DNA of 64,000 nt from Parcubacteria bacterium C7867-004 (lineage in GTDB: Bacteria > Patescibacteriota > Minisyncoccia > Phycocordibacterales > Phycocordibacteraceae), in the NCBI GenBank assembly GCA_001189075.1, contig LFCN01000006.1:17605-81604 (forward strand). Direction: 5' to 3'. Below the pieces are notes generated by a model. That model was not told the DNA's origin. It saw nothing but the letters and a program-made list of their open reading frames with translations, and did not search any database. Of the stretch, positions 18,416-26,877 are shown one piece after another (positions within the stretch are counted from its first letter, which is position 1; every line of letters begins with the position of its first letter). A program made the translations under genes and the position numbers.

Positions 18416-18444
18416 ATGATAGTACGGCCTGGTTACTGTGTCAA
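18416..18444 (-). promoter_or_regulatory. Sigma70-type promoter of secE-nusG-rplK
   Basis: Minus strand TTGACA (18444-18439), 17-nt spacer, TATCAT (18421-18416). Confidence 0.75.
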
Positions 18445-18480
18445 ATGAACAAGGCCCCGCTTGTGCGGGGCCTTGTTCAT
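18445..18480. terminator. Terminator hairpin after the SIMPL gene
   Basis: Perfect 16-bp inverted repeat ATGAACAAGGCCCCGC-TTGT-GCGGGGCCTTGTTCAT. Confidence 0.75.
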
Positions 18481-18500
18481 AGCCATACGAACCGAGGATA

Positions 18501-19313
18501 TTAGCGGATCTCGTAGGTGATGGAAACCGTCACCGACGACTCATCCTCTCCTACCGGGAGCCTCGGGGCCTCCGGAGCGACTGCGGACATCATGGAGCCG
18601 CCCTTCCCTGCGTACGAGTCGTACATTGGGTATGACGGGCCGTTCTCATAGAATGTCGCGATCGGACCCAGGTGCACGCCGAGCTCCTTCGCGAGCTTCT
18701 TCGCCTTCTCCTGAGCGTTCTTGATCGCTTCGGCGCGAGCCTCTGCCTTCACGCCGTCCTCGTCATCAACGACGAACTCAGGTCCGGAGATGTTCTGGAC
18801 GCCGATGGATCCCAGCGCCTGGAGCACGTCACCGGCTTTGCTGGTGTCGCGGACCTTGACCTCGACGGTCTGGGATACGTCGTACCCTACGATCTTCGGA
18901 TTGCCTGAGACGATCGGTGGGCATGCGGTTCCCGGATAGCATGGAGCCTGCTGCGAGTACTCATAGCGAGGCGAGACGTTGTACGAGAGGGTCTTAACAT
19001 CCTTCTCCTCGACGTTGAGCGACTCGACGGACTTGAGTGCCGCGTCGATCTTCTCGGTAGCCTGCTTCTGCGCATCAGCGACGTTTGCCGCTGACTCGGT
19101 CACCGAGAAGGTGATGCGTGCCGTATCAGGTACCGCGGTTGCTCGTCCGGTTCCCTCAACCGTAATGGTGTTATACGGATCGCCCGCCTCGCGGCCGAAC
19201 GCACCATCCCACGTCTTCACGAGAAGGAAGAGTGCAAGGAGTGCGAACACGGCCACGAGCGCGAGACGCACGGCCTTGTTGCTGGTTAATTCATTCATAA
19301 GATCGGTTTGCAT
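18501..19313 (-). CDS. SIMPL domain protein (DUF541/YggE-like)
   Basis: TM anchor, ITVEGTGRATAVPD, EAIKNAQEKAKKLAKELGVHLG, VSITYEI. Confidence 0.9.
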   Translation of the reverse strand: MQTDLMNELTSNKAVRLALVAVFALLALFLLVKTWDGAFGREAGDPYNTITVEGTGRATAVPDTARITFSVTESAANVADAQKQATEKIDAALKSVESLNVEEKDVKTLSYNVSPRYEYSQQAPCYPGTACPPIVSGNPKIVGYDVSQTVEVKVRDTSKAGDVLQALGSIGVQNISGPEFVVDDEDGVKAEARAEAIKNAQEKAKKLAKELGVHLGPIATFYENGPSYPMYDSYAGKGGSMMSAVAPEAPRLPVGEDESSVTVSITYEIR

Positions 19314-19429
19314 AAGTTCTTCGTATTAATTGAAGGGGTGTACGAGCATGGTATCACGCGTCGTGTCCTCATCCGTTCGGACGTGCCGGCACCCTAAAAG
19401 TGACAGAAGTTTGCTACCATTGCCGCTAT

Positions 19430-20173
19430 ATGGAGATAGTAACGATTCTGGGCATAGCATTAGCGGCCTCTCTGGCTACATTCATCGGAGGGCTCCTGGC
19501 GCTCAAGCTACGCGACAAGCTGCATCTCGTTCTTGGTTTCTCGGCCGGAGCAGTAATCGCGGTTGCGTTCTTCGACCTCATTCCTGAGGCGCTTGAGCTC
19601 GGTATCTCCTTCTTCGACCCGGCGACCGTAATCCTCGCGACTGCGATCGGCTTCTTCCTCTACATGGTCCTTGATCGCACCATCCTGCTGCACACGCATG
19701 CGGACGGCGACTCCGAAGAAGCACACGGGCACACGAAGAAGCGGGGGTGGATCGGTGCCGGATCGCTCTCAAGCCACAGCTTCCTCGACGGATTCGCCAT
19801 CGGCCTCGCCTTCCAAGCGTCGCCGGCCGTGGGTGCAGTTGTTGCGGTTGCGGTGCTCACTCACGATTTCTCAGATGGTATCAATACAGTGAATATGATC
19901 CTCAAGAATGGCGGCACGCGCAAAGAAGCGTTTCACTGGCTCGCGGTTGACGCGGCCGCTCCCCTGCTTGGTGCGACGGCCACCCTGTTCATTACGCTTC
20001 CCGCAAGCACGCTGTCGCTCGTACTCGCGCTCTTCGCGGGATTCTTCCTCTACATCGGTGCATCAGACCTGCTTCCGGAAAGCCACCATGCGCACCCGAA
20101 AGTAATGACGACCGTAATGACGCTCCTTGGTGCCGGTGTGCTCTATACCGTTATCACGCTTGCGGGCGTATAG
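19430..20173 (+). CDS. ZIP family zinc/metal transporter
   Basis: GFSAGAVIAVAFFDLIPEA, His-rich loop, HSFLDG, HDFSDG, LYIGASDLLPESH. Confidence 0.9.
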   Translation: MEIVTILGIALAASLATFIGGLLALKLRDKLHLVLGFSAGAVIAVAFFDLIPEALELGISFFDPATVILATAIGFFLYMVLDRTILLHTHADGDSEEAHGHTKKRGWIGAGSLSSHSFLDGFAIGLAFQASPAVGAVVAVAVLTHDFSDGINTVNMILKNGGTRKEAFHWLAVDAAAPLLGATATLFITLPASTLSLVLALFAGFFLYIGASDLLPESHHAHPKVMTTVMTLLGAGVLYTVITLAGV

Positions 20174-20175
20174 CG

Positions 20176-20838
20176 TTACCTCGTCTCAAGCGTAGCGAGC
20201 ATTTCTAGGAGCGCCTTGTGCTCCGGAAGCGCGTTGATATCGAGATCGGGATTCGTCCAGTCGACGTTGCGTTCGAGGATATCGAATCGGAGGACATCAT
20301 TCTCGCGCTCAAGAAAGTAGGAGCTCAAGACCTGTCCCTCGAATCGTTCGATAACGGTTGAGCGGTACGTTCGGCCATTGATGAGGCTCGTCTCGAACCG
20401 GCTGAAGTCCTCTGCGGCCATATCTGATGGTTGATATCGGGTATGCGCCAGGATCACTTCATCCGGAGTCTTCCCTTCCGGAAGCGCGTAACGATAGAAC
20501 GAAAGGTAATGAAACTCTCCGCTTGGGGCGCTCATCTGATAGAAATGGAGCAGGTCTTCTTCCTTGCCATCAGCGCCCGGTAGCTGGACGCCGTCGACAT
20601 ACCCGGCTGGAAGGATAAATGATATCCCCGCTTCTGGTAACGAAGTGGCTGCGGACGTTGGGCAGGCAGCGAACGCGCACTCGGGTCCCGTGCGCCCGAC
20701 TGAGGATCCGTCAGGACAGATCATGGCTTCGAGCGTGCACCCAACCTGTTCGGTCGGTCTCTCAAGCGTATTGCGGTACAGAAAGATACCGAACGCGCCG
20801 ACGAGGATGAGGGCGAGCAAGGCGAGGAGCTGTTTCAT
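20176..20838 (-). CDS. Membrane-anchored protein with CxxEAxxCPDGSxVGRxGPxCxFxxCP Cys motif
   Basis: N-terminal TM helix, then CTLEAMICPDGSSVGRTGPECAFAACP. Start at ATG 20838. Confidence 0.7.
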   Translation of the reverse strand: MKQLLALLALILVGAFGIFLYRNTLERPTEQVGCTLEAMICPDGSSVGRTGPECAFAACPTSAATSLPEAGISFILPAGYVDGVQLPGADGKEEDLLHFYQMSAPSGEFHYLSFYRYALPEGKTPDEVILAHTRYQPSDMAAEDFSRFETSLINGRTYRSTVIERFEGQVLSSYFLERENDVLRFDILERNVDWTNPDLDINALPEHKALLEMLATLETR

Positions 20839-20842
20839 ATCG

Positions 20843-21238
20843 TTACTTCCGTATGGAATCGCGAATCTCCTCAAGCACGACGAGCTCCGCGCTCTTAACA
20901 GTAGGAGCAGCGGCCTCTTCTTCCTTCTTTACGCGTGCGAGCGCCTCCAGACGGTTCAACGTACGCACGAGCAGGAAGAGCGCGAACGCGGTGATGATAA
21001 AGGTCATCACCGACTGGATGAAGAGTCCGTACTGAATCTCTACACTTCCTCCGAGATTAACTACCAGATCCTTGAAGTCGATGCGCCCGAGTAGAAGACC
21101 GAGCGGCGGTGTAATGACATTCGTCACGAGCGAGTTCGTGACGTTGTTGAACGCCGTACCGATAACAACACCGATTGCGAGATCAATGACATTGCCACGC
21201 AGCGCGAACTTCTTGAACTCTTCGAGGAAGGATTTCAT
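20843..21238 (-). CDS. mscL: Large-conductance mechanosensitive channel
   Basis: EFKKFALRGNVIDLAIGVVIG...LEEIRD. Confidence 0.96.
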   Translation of the reverse strand: MKSFLEEFKKFALRGNVIDLAIGVVIGTAFNNVTNSLVTNVITPPLGLLLGRIDFKDLVVNLGGSVEIQYGLFIQSVMTFIITAFALFLLVRTLNRLEALARVKKEEEAAAPTVKSAELVVLEEIRDSIRK

Positions 21239-21243
21239 ATTCT

Positions 21244-21318
21244 TGGGGCGGCTAGAGAGAATCGGACTCTCGATGCGGGTACCACAAACCCGAGTTTTAC
21301 CACTAAACTATAGCCGCC
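21244..21318 (-). tRNA. tRNA-His(GUG)
   Basis: Encoded G-1, acceptor GCGGCTA/TAGCCGC, anticodon arm CGGGT-TTGTGGT-ACCCG, C73-CCA. Confidence 0.92.
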
Positions 21319-21421
21319 ATGTCTGCGTAACGGAAATGCGTTACGTAGGAGCGTTATACCATAATTCGTCGGAAATACTGAGCGCGAATGCGAAAAGCGC
21401 CCGGAGGCGCTTTCGTCTTAG

Positions 21422-21503
21422 TGCCCAGGAGAGGACTTGAACCTCCACGCCTTGCGGCACATCCACCTCAAGGATGCATGTATACCAATTTCATCACCTG
21501 GGC
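21422..21503 (-). tRNA. tRNA-Leu(GAG)
   Basis: GCCCAGG/CCTGGGC, CATCC-TTGAGGT-GGATG, long variable arm, GGTTCAAGTCC. Confidence 0.93.
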
Positions 21504-21520
21504 AGGTGCGTGCTGTCTCT

Positions 21521-21563
21521 AAAAGAGGCGGCCCGCTTACTATAGCGGGCCGCCTCTTTTTTT
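21521..21563. terminator. Intrinsic terminator after rplS
   Basis: AAAAGAGGCGGCCCGCT...AGCGGGCCGCCTCTTTTTTT. Confidence 0.8.
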
Positions 21564-21580
21564 ACAAATGTCTTGAAACG

Positions 21581-22132
21581 TTACGCGTTCTCGTCCTTCT
21601 TCTCTTCGCGGGACTCCTCTGCCGCTACTTCGGTAGGGGTCTCGACTCCTTCTTCGCCCGACTCGGCGACAACCTCGACCTCAGGAGTCTCGGTGGCGAG
21701 GACAACTTCCTCCTCGACCGGACTTCCCTCCTCCGCTACCTCGAGCTTCTCGGTCTCGGCGTAATCCTCGGTAGACATCTTAACCATGCGCATGTTGCGG
21801 AGCTGGCGACGAACCTCGCGAGCCACCTTATCGCGGATGAAGTAGAGCTTAGCGCGACGGACCTTCGAGCGCTTCGTGATCTCGATCTTATCGATGATCG
21901 GACTGTAGAGAGGGAAGATCTTCTCGACACCAATACCGGACATGACGGCGCGAACCGTGAAGGTAGCTCCGGCCTCGGTACCGTGCTTAACGGAAAGCAC
22001 GAGACCCTCGAATACCTGGAGGCGGGTCTTGCCCTTCTCGATGACTTTCTGGTGCACGCGCACAGTGTCTCCGGGGCGAACGCCAAGCTTGGCGCGCTCC
22101 ATGGTCGGGACAGGGGTTATAACGCTGTTCAT
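21581..22132 (-). CDS. rplS: 50S ribosomal protein L19 with acidic C-terminal extension
   Basis: RPGDTVRVHQKVIEKGKTRLQVFEGLV...GVEKIFPLYSP...KVRRAKLYFIR. Start at ATG 22132. Confidence 0.95.
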   Translation of the reverse strand: MNSVITPVPTMERAKLGVRPGDTVRVHQKVIEKGKTRLQVFEGLVLSVKHGTEAGATFTVRAVMSGIGVEKIFPLYSPIIDKIEITKRSKVRRAKLYFIRDKVAREVRRQLRNMRMVKMSTEDYAETEKLEVAEEGSPVEEEVVLATETPEVEVVAESGEEGVETPTEVAAEESREEKKDENA

Positions 22133-22157
22133 AGTGGTCAGAACTGTATCACAGCAG

Positions 22158-22898
22158 CTACGAGCGGGCAATGAATGCCTCGCTTCCCGGGAATTTCTGA
22201 GCTGCGGCGAGCATATCGGCTGGCAGTGGCGCGATGATCTCCTTCCGAGACCCATCGAGCATCGGTAGGTCCAAACTATAGGCATGGAGACCGAGACGCG
22301 TGAGTCCGAGGTCGCACGGCTTCCCTTCCGCATAGAGCGGGTCGCACACCACCGGATGATGGAGCGCCTTCAGATGAACGCGTATCTGATGGGTCCTGCC
22401 CGTTTCTGGCATGACACGGACCATGGAGTGCGTACCTATGTCGCTCACTACTTCATACCGCGTAAGCGCATCGCGGAGCGTGCCTTTCGCCTTCGGCTGT
22501 GCGCTCCGGAGCCTAAAGTCCTTCCGGCTACGTCCTATGGAGAACTCGATCACCCCTTTCTCCTCCTTGAGGGTTCCATACACGAACGCTAGGTACGTCT
22601 TCTTTGCTTCCCGCTCCTGGAACACGGCCTTCAGGTGCGCATGCGACTCGGGGGTCTTCGCGAAGATGAGCACGCCGCTCGTGTCGCGATCAAGCCGATG
22701 CACTACGCCCGGACGCGCTATCTCGGTACCGTTCGTAAGTCGCTGCATCTCTCCCACCTCTTTCGAGTCAGGATAGTGTGCCGCGAACCAGTCGCTCGCC
22801 GTCTCATCGGTGGTGTGTCCGTCCGGGTGCGTCATGACGCCCGCAGGCTTTGCTATTGCAACGAGGTCATCGTCTTCATATATGACGGGGAGTTCCAT
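22158..22898 (-). CDS. RluA/RluD family pseudouridine synthase (no S4 domain)
   Basis: KPAG, VHRLDRDTSG, TGRTHQIRVH, LHA motifs. Confidence 0.92.
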   Translation of the reverse strand: MELPVIYEDDDLVAIAKPAGVMTHPDGHTTDETASDWFAAHYPDSKEVGEMQRLTNGTEIARPGVVHRLDRDTSGVLIFAKTPESHAHLKAVFQEREAKKTYLAFVYGTLKEEKGVIEFSIGRSRKDFRLRSAQPKAKGTLRDALTRYEVVSDIGTHSMVRVMPETGRTHQIRVHLKALHHPVVCDPLYAEGKPCDLGLTRLGLHAYSLDLPMLDGSRKEIIAPLPADMLAAAQKFPGSEAFIARS

Positions 22899-22993
22899 AG
22901 ACTCACCCTACCCTCTCCTACGGTTATCCGCTAGCAACTGGAGCATAGGGGTTACTTCAAAAACTTCCTGATATGCGGTATGGTTCTACCCAA

Positions 22994-23066
22994 GGGCGAT
23001 TAGCTCAGTTGGTAGAGCGCTTCATTTACACTGAAGATGTCGGGGGTTCGAGCCCTCCATCGCCCA
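22994..23066 (+). tRNA. tRNA-Val(UAC)
   Basis: GGGCGAT/ATCGCCC, CTTCA-TTTACAC-TGAAG, GGTTCGAGCCC. Confidence 0.93.
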
Positions 23067-23111
23067 CCCAAAAGAAAAGCCGCTCAGCTGAGCGGCTTCG
23101 TTCGTTCTTTA

Positions 23112-23645
23112 CTAGGGATACACGACTTCGTCGACAATACCGAGACGCTTTGCGTCTACCCCGGTGAAGTACTTCTGTTCGCGGGACCAGCGTTGCCAAT
23201 CGCTAATGGACTGCCCGCTTCTGCGACTGAAGCAGGCGATATGATCCTGATGCTCGGTCATGCTGGCGCGCACGATGTTGAGGAAGTTCGGATCATCTAC
23301 CCGCACTCCGGTGAGGTCCGGCGCATGGAACATCAGGTCGGCGTGCGGGTAGGCCTTCCGCACATCGCATGCTTGCAGGATATTGAATGCTGCGGAGAAC
23401 GCACGCCCGATAACGAGCCCGTGCACGGGAGCGTTTGAGTTAGCCAGCACATCCGCTATGTGGAAATGCGTGGGAACGGACCCTCCTCTTGAATCTATAT
23501 ACAGGCTGATGGCGGTACTCTCATCTCGCATATTCAAATAGAATACCGAATCGATAATCCGCTTCTGCAGTTCGTCGTCGATCGGACCGCTAATGAGGAT
23601 CATCCGTCGCGCGAGGAGCGCGGCATCCGCCTCGTTCAAGCTCAT
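23112..23645 (-). CDS. Divergent ClpP-family protease subunit
   Basis: RMILISGPID, LYIDSRGG, GRAFSAA (Ser), MFHAP (His), DAKRLGIVD. Real start is ATG 23645; the longer ORF overlaps tRNAs. Confidence 0.8.
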   Translation of the reverse strand: MSLNEADAALLARRMILISGPIDDELQKRIIDSVFYLNMRDESTAISLYIDSRGGSVPTHFHIADVLANSNAPVHGLVIGRAFSAAFNILQACDVRKAYPHADLMFHAPDLTGVRVDDPNFLNIVRASMTEHQDHIACFSRRSGQSISDWQRWSREQKYFTGVDAKRLGIVDEVVYP

Positions 23646-23768
23646 GGCGTTCTCCCGCAAGGTTGTTGGAAACTTCTTCCGTAAGCGTATACCCTGCCAC
23701 CCGTTCGGCAAACGCTCATGACTGACAGAAAGAGCCCGATGTTCGCGCATCGGGCTCTTTCGCTGCAG

Positions 23769-23850
23769 TGCGCACGAGAGGACTTGAACCTCCAAGGATT
23801 GCTCCATACGCTTCTGAGACGTACGCGTATACCAGTTCCGCCACGTGCGC
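23769..23850 (-). tRNA. tRNA-Leu(CAG)
   Basis: GCGCACG/CGTGCGC, TACGT-CTCAGAA-GCGTA, long variable arm. Confidence 0.93.
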
Positions 23851-23891
23851 GCACCTGCAGACTCTAGCATTCGCAGGGGATTCAGAACATG

Positions 23892-23963
23892 TGCCTCCAG
23901 CTGGAATCGAACCAACATCGACGGCTTAGAAGTCCGCAGCTCTATCCATTGAGCTATGGAGGC
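23892..23963 (-). tRNA. tRNA-Arg(UCU)
   Basis: GCCTCCA/TGGAGGC, anticodon loop CTTCTAA, GGTTCGATTCC; one mismatch in the anticodon stem. Confidence 0.88.
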
Positions 23964-23972
23964 CTTGTCACC

Positions 23973-24281
23973 TTATCCGCCCGGAAGGGACGGGTCAACG
24001 AACCGGTACTCCTGGCGATAGCGGAGCTCTTCCGCCTTCCTCTTCTCGAAGATCGCCCGAACCGAATCTATAGGCGCCGCTTCGAATCCTTGTACGGGCG
24101 CCTGCGTGCCGATGGTCTCACCCCGTTCGACTTTCGTAAGGAGCCAGACATTCCAGACGACACTCGCGAGCACCAGTATGAGCGCGGCAGCAAGAAGCAT
24201 GAACCAATCTCGCGCGGGATGCATGCGTTCTCCGTAGCTGAATCGCCGGAGAATGGAGCTTGTGTCAAAAGGAATTTTCAT
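23973..24281 (-). CDS. Small membrane protein ending the pilMNO operon
   Basis: One TM helix, C-terminal FVDPS; last gene of the pilM-N-O run. Confidence 0.6.
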   Translation of the reverse strand: MKIPFDTSSILRRFSYGERMHPARDWFMLLAAALILVLASVVWNVWLLTKVERGETIGTQAPVQGFEAAPIDSVRAIFEKRKAEELRYRQEYRFVDPSLPGG

Positions 24282-24286
24282 AAGGG

Positions 24287-24832
24287 TTATGGGGCGTCCG
24301 CGGGCCGGGTGCCGATATCGAAGGTTGCGGCGGCGGACCAGGCGGTTGTAGTTGCTCCAGCGGAAGCCGTATCGAACGTAAGACTCGTAAGCACGCTGTC
24401 GTACGGACCGTACTCTATCGCCCCGAGCGTTCGGATAACCGAATCGAACGGGCCGGTGATCTTGAGAGAGAGTGAGAGGTGGTCTCGATCTACGCCGGCG
24501 TTCTTAGCGGGATTCGCCGCAACCGACAGGACTTCGACATCAGCGGCGAAACCCTTGCCCGTCTGCTCAAGGGATTCAAGGAACGGCACGATACCGCTGG
24601 CGGGTACGAAATACTGACGTATGCCAGCCTCTTCCTCGCCGAGCGATGAGAGCGCGGCCTTGGCAGCCTGGATGCGCGAAGATTCCTGGCTCTTCGTCTG
24701 TATGTCGACAGCGAGCTTGCTTGCGGTAGCGCTCATCGTACTTACGCGGTTATACCAGAAGGCATAGGCACCGATGAGCAAGCCAAGGAGCACGACCGCC
24801 AGTATGAATTGTATGAAAGCTGCGCGTCTCAT
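24287..24832 (-). CDS. PilO-like type IV pilus alignment protein
   Basis: TM helix, coiled coil, ferredoxin-like LSLKITGPFDSVIRTLGAIE region; operon position. Confidence 0.7.
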   Translation of the reverse strand: MRRAAFIQFILAVVLLGLLIGAYAFWYNRVSTMSATASKLAVDIQTKSQESSRIQAAKAALSSLGEEEAGIRQYFVPASGIVPFLESLEQTGKGFAADVEVLSVAANPAKNAGVDRDHLSLSLKITGPFDSVIRTLGAIEYGPYDSVLTSLTFDTASAGATTTAWSAAATFDIGTRPADAP

Positions 24833-25389
24833 GGCATCAAGGAACCCGTAAGGGTTATGGTGAATGATATATCGCTTTCTTTCGCGTACGCGCTGATCGG
24901 CAAGTCCGTAGCAGACACATACGGCTCGCGCGCGAGAGCCGCTTCGTAGCTCCGGAGCGCTTCACGCGTGGTCGCCATTCCCGTAAGGGTCATACGCGCC
25001 TCGGCCTTATCTTTCGCAGGAGTGTAGGTGAACCCGGAAAGCGTGATACCCAGATGAGGCACCCTGAGAATAGCCGCAATAACGGAGCTCGCTGCCGGCG
25101 TCGTCTCAAGCTTAGCCAGATATTTCGTGTCCTTCGCGAGTGCGAGGACGCGCGCGCTCACCTGCTTCTCTTCGTCTCCTGCAAGCGAAGCGGAGAGCGT
25201 GTCGACCAACTCCTGTCGTTCCCGTACCTGACCTCCGAGGTACAAGTACGATGGCAGCAAGAAGACGCCGTGAATTATCACGACGCCCGCAAGGACGAGC
25301 ACGCCGACCGTCATGAGTCGCAGGAAATACAGTTTCCGGAGCGCACGTCCGCGCTCTGCCGGGAGAAGATTGGTAAGTTCAAGAGCCAT
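24829..25389 (-). CDS. PilN-like type IV pilus protein
   Basis: N-terminal NLLP motif (PilM-binding), TM helix, LTGMATTREAL. Confidence 0.8.
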   Translation of the reverse strand: MALELTNLLPAERGRALRKLYFLRLMTVGVLVLAGVVIIHGVFLLPSYLYLGGQVRERQELVDTLSASLAGDEEKQVSARVLALAKDTKYLAKLETTPAASSVIAAILRVPHLGITLSGFTYTPAKDKAEARMTLTGMATTREALRSYEAALAREPYVSATDLPISAYAKESDISFTITLTGSLMP

Positions 25390-25391
25390 AA

Positions 25392-26477
25392 CTACGGTAC
25401 GTATTCACGGAGCGCGAGCCCGATAGCGGGCGCATAGGCCAGCGACTCGAGATAATCGAGCGGCGGAAGCCAGTGATCGCGGGACGCGAGGTTCGCAAAC
25501 ACGTCGCCGAGCTCGACCGGTATCTTAAGACTCGTCTCGAGATACTCGGAGAGTCCGCGGATCGTGCCGTTCCCACCCACCAGTATCGCGCGTGTTACCG
25601 GCTCATGTGACCCGTCTCCCGCGCTTCGGGTCTGCCAATACTCGAGCCTCCGCACAATCTCCTCGCGGATAACGGAAACCGTTGAGAGCATCGCGGCAAT
25701 GTACTCGTCATTCGCTTCCCCGCTCACTAGGCCCCGCTCCGCCTTCACGCGCTTAGCTTCTTCCTCAGTTACCCCAAAGTGCTTCTGTACGGCGAGTGTG
25801 AGCGCATGCCCGCCGATATCGAGCGTCGTTGCAAAGCGCGGGATACGACGACTGACGATGACCAGCTTTGTGGTGGTCCGTCCGATGTCGATTATGAGCA
25901 CGGTCTCGGTATCGCCATGCGGAAGGAGCGCGCGCGGTACGGAGAACGTCTCGCTCTCGACCGACCGCACCTCGATTCCCACCTCATCGAACAAGGAGAG
26001 CGTCTCTTCGATGACCCGGCGCGCGTATCCTACCCCCACCACCGGCATCAGTTCACCCGGAAGTCCGACCGGTGCGATATCGAATGCTACTTCCGCCGGG
26101 GGGAGCGGCACGAACTCATCAAGATGCCCCTCAACGGCGGTCTTCCATTCCGAGATCGTCCGTCCCGGTACGCTCGCCTCGAAAGGATAGCTCCTTGATT
26201 CCGGCATCGCGATATTCGCGAACTGGATCCGATTCTCTTTGGTCAGCGCGCGCAGCGCATTCAGGACTGCAGGTCGGTCGGTTATCTCGCCGCCTGTTAC
26301 CGCACCCGGTGCAAGACGTTCCTCGCCGTACGCATGGAGCTTCAGTCCGCCCACATGCTCCTTAAGGAGCGCGAGCTTCACGCCGCTCGCTGATATGTCG
26401 ATGCCTGCGGTAGGCAGCGTAAGATAGCGCGGTGGCGCGAGTTCGATACGCAAGAAACGAGAAAGGACATTCGGCAT
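25392..26477 (-). CDS. pilM: Type IV pilus assembly protein PilM
   Basis: GIDISASGVK, IIDIGRTTT, ILVGGNG, YAPAIGLALR actin-like fold. Start at ATG 26477. Confidence 0.9.
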   Translation of the reverse strand: MPNVLSRFLRIELAPPRYLTLPTAGIDISASGVKLALLKEHVGGLKLHAYGEERLAPGAVTGGEITDRPAVLNALRALTKENRIQFANIAMPESRSYPFEASVPGRTISEWKTAVEGHLDEFVPLPPAEVAFDIAPVGLPGELMPVVGVGYARRVIEETLSLFDEVGIEVRSVESETFSVPRALLPHGDTETVLIIDIGRTTTKLVIVSRRIPRFATTLDIGGHALTLAVQKHFGVTEEEAKRVKAERGLVSGEANDEYIAAMLSTVSVIREEIVRRLEYWQTRSAGDGSHEPVTRAILVGGNGTIRGLSEYLETSLKIPVELGDVFANLASRDHWLPPLDYLESLAYAPAIGLALREYVP

Positions 26478-26535
26478 GATGATGTCGATAGTATAGCGCG
26501 CGCAGCGGACCCACGCGCCAACATACTGAAGAAAA

Positions 26536-26877
26536 CTAGTGCGCGCTCGTACCGGGTGGAACCAAACGGTCAGTCGTGACGAATGCGAACGTATCTCCGT
26601 CCCCGACCGCAAACAACATGCCGTTGCTCTCCAATCCTTTTATGGTCCTCGGTTCGAGATTCGTAACGAACGCGAGCTGGCGTTCCACGAGATCCTCAGG
26701 CTCGCTCACGTATGCCTGGATACCGGATACGATCTGACGCGGACCGGCCTCTTCACCGAAGTCGACGGTTAGTCGCAGGAGCCTCTCCGTCTCAGGGACA
26801 CGCTCGGCTGTCTTCACGGTCCCAATTTTCACTTCTATCTTCGCGAACTCATCTATCGATATCCGAGGCTTATCCAT
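26536..26877 (-). CDS. Stand-alone tRNA-binding OB-fold protein (MetRS C-terminal/Trbp111/CsaA-like)
   Basis: ISIDEFAKIEVKIG, LLRLTVDFGE, RQIVSGI, NLEPRTIKGLESNGML. Confidence 0.88.
   Translation of the reverse strand: MDKPRISIDEFAKIEVKIGTVKTAERVPETERLLRLTVDFGEEAGPRQIVSGIQAYVSEPEDLVERQLAFVTNLEPRTIKGLESNGMLFAVGDGDTFAFVTTDRLVPPGTSAH

Noticed and set aside
23646-23918. N-terminal extension of the 268-aa ClpP-like ORF
   Set aside because: Overlaps tRNA-Leu(CAG) and tRNA-Arg(UCU); ClpP similarity begins at ATG 23645.
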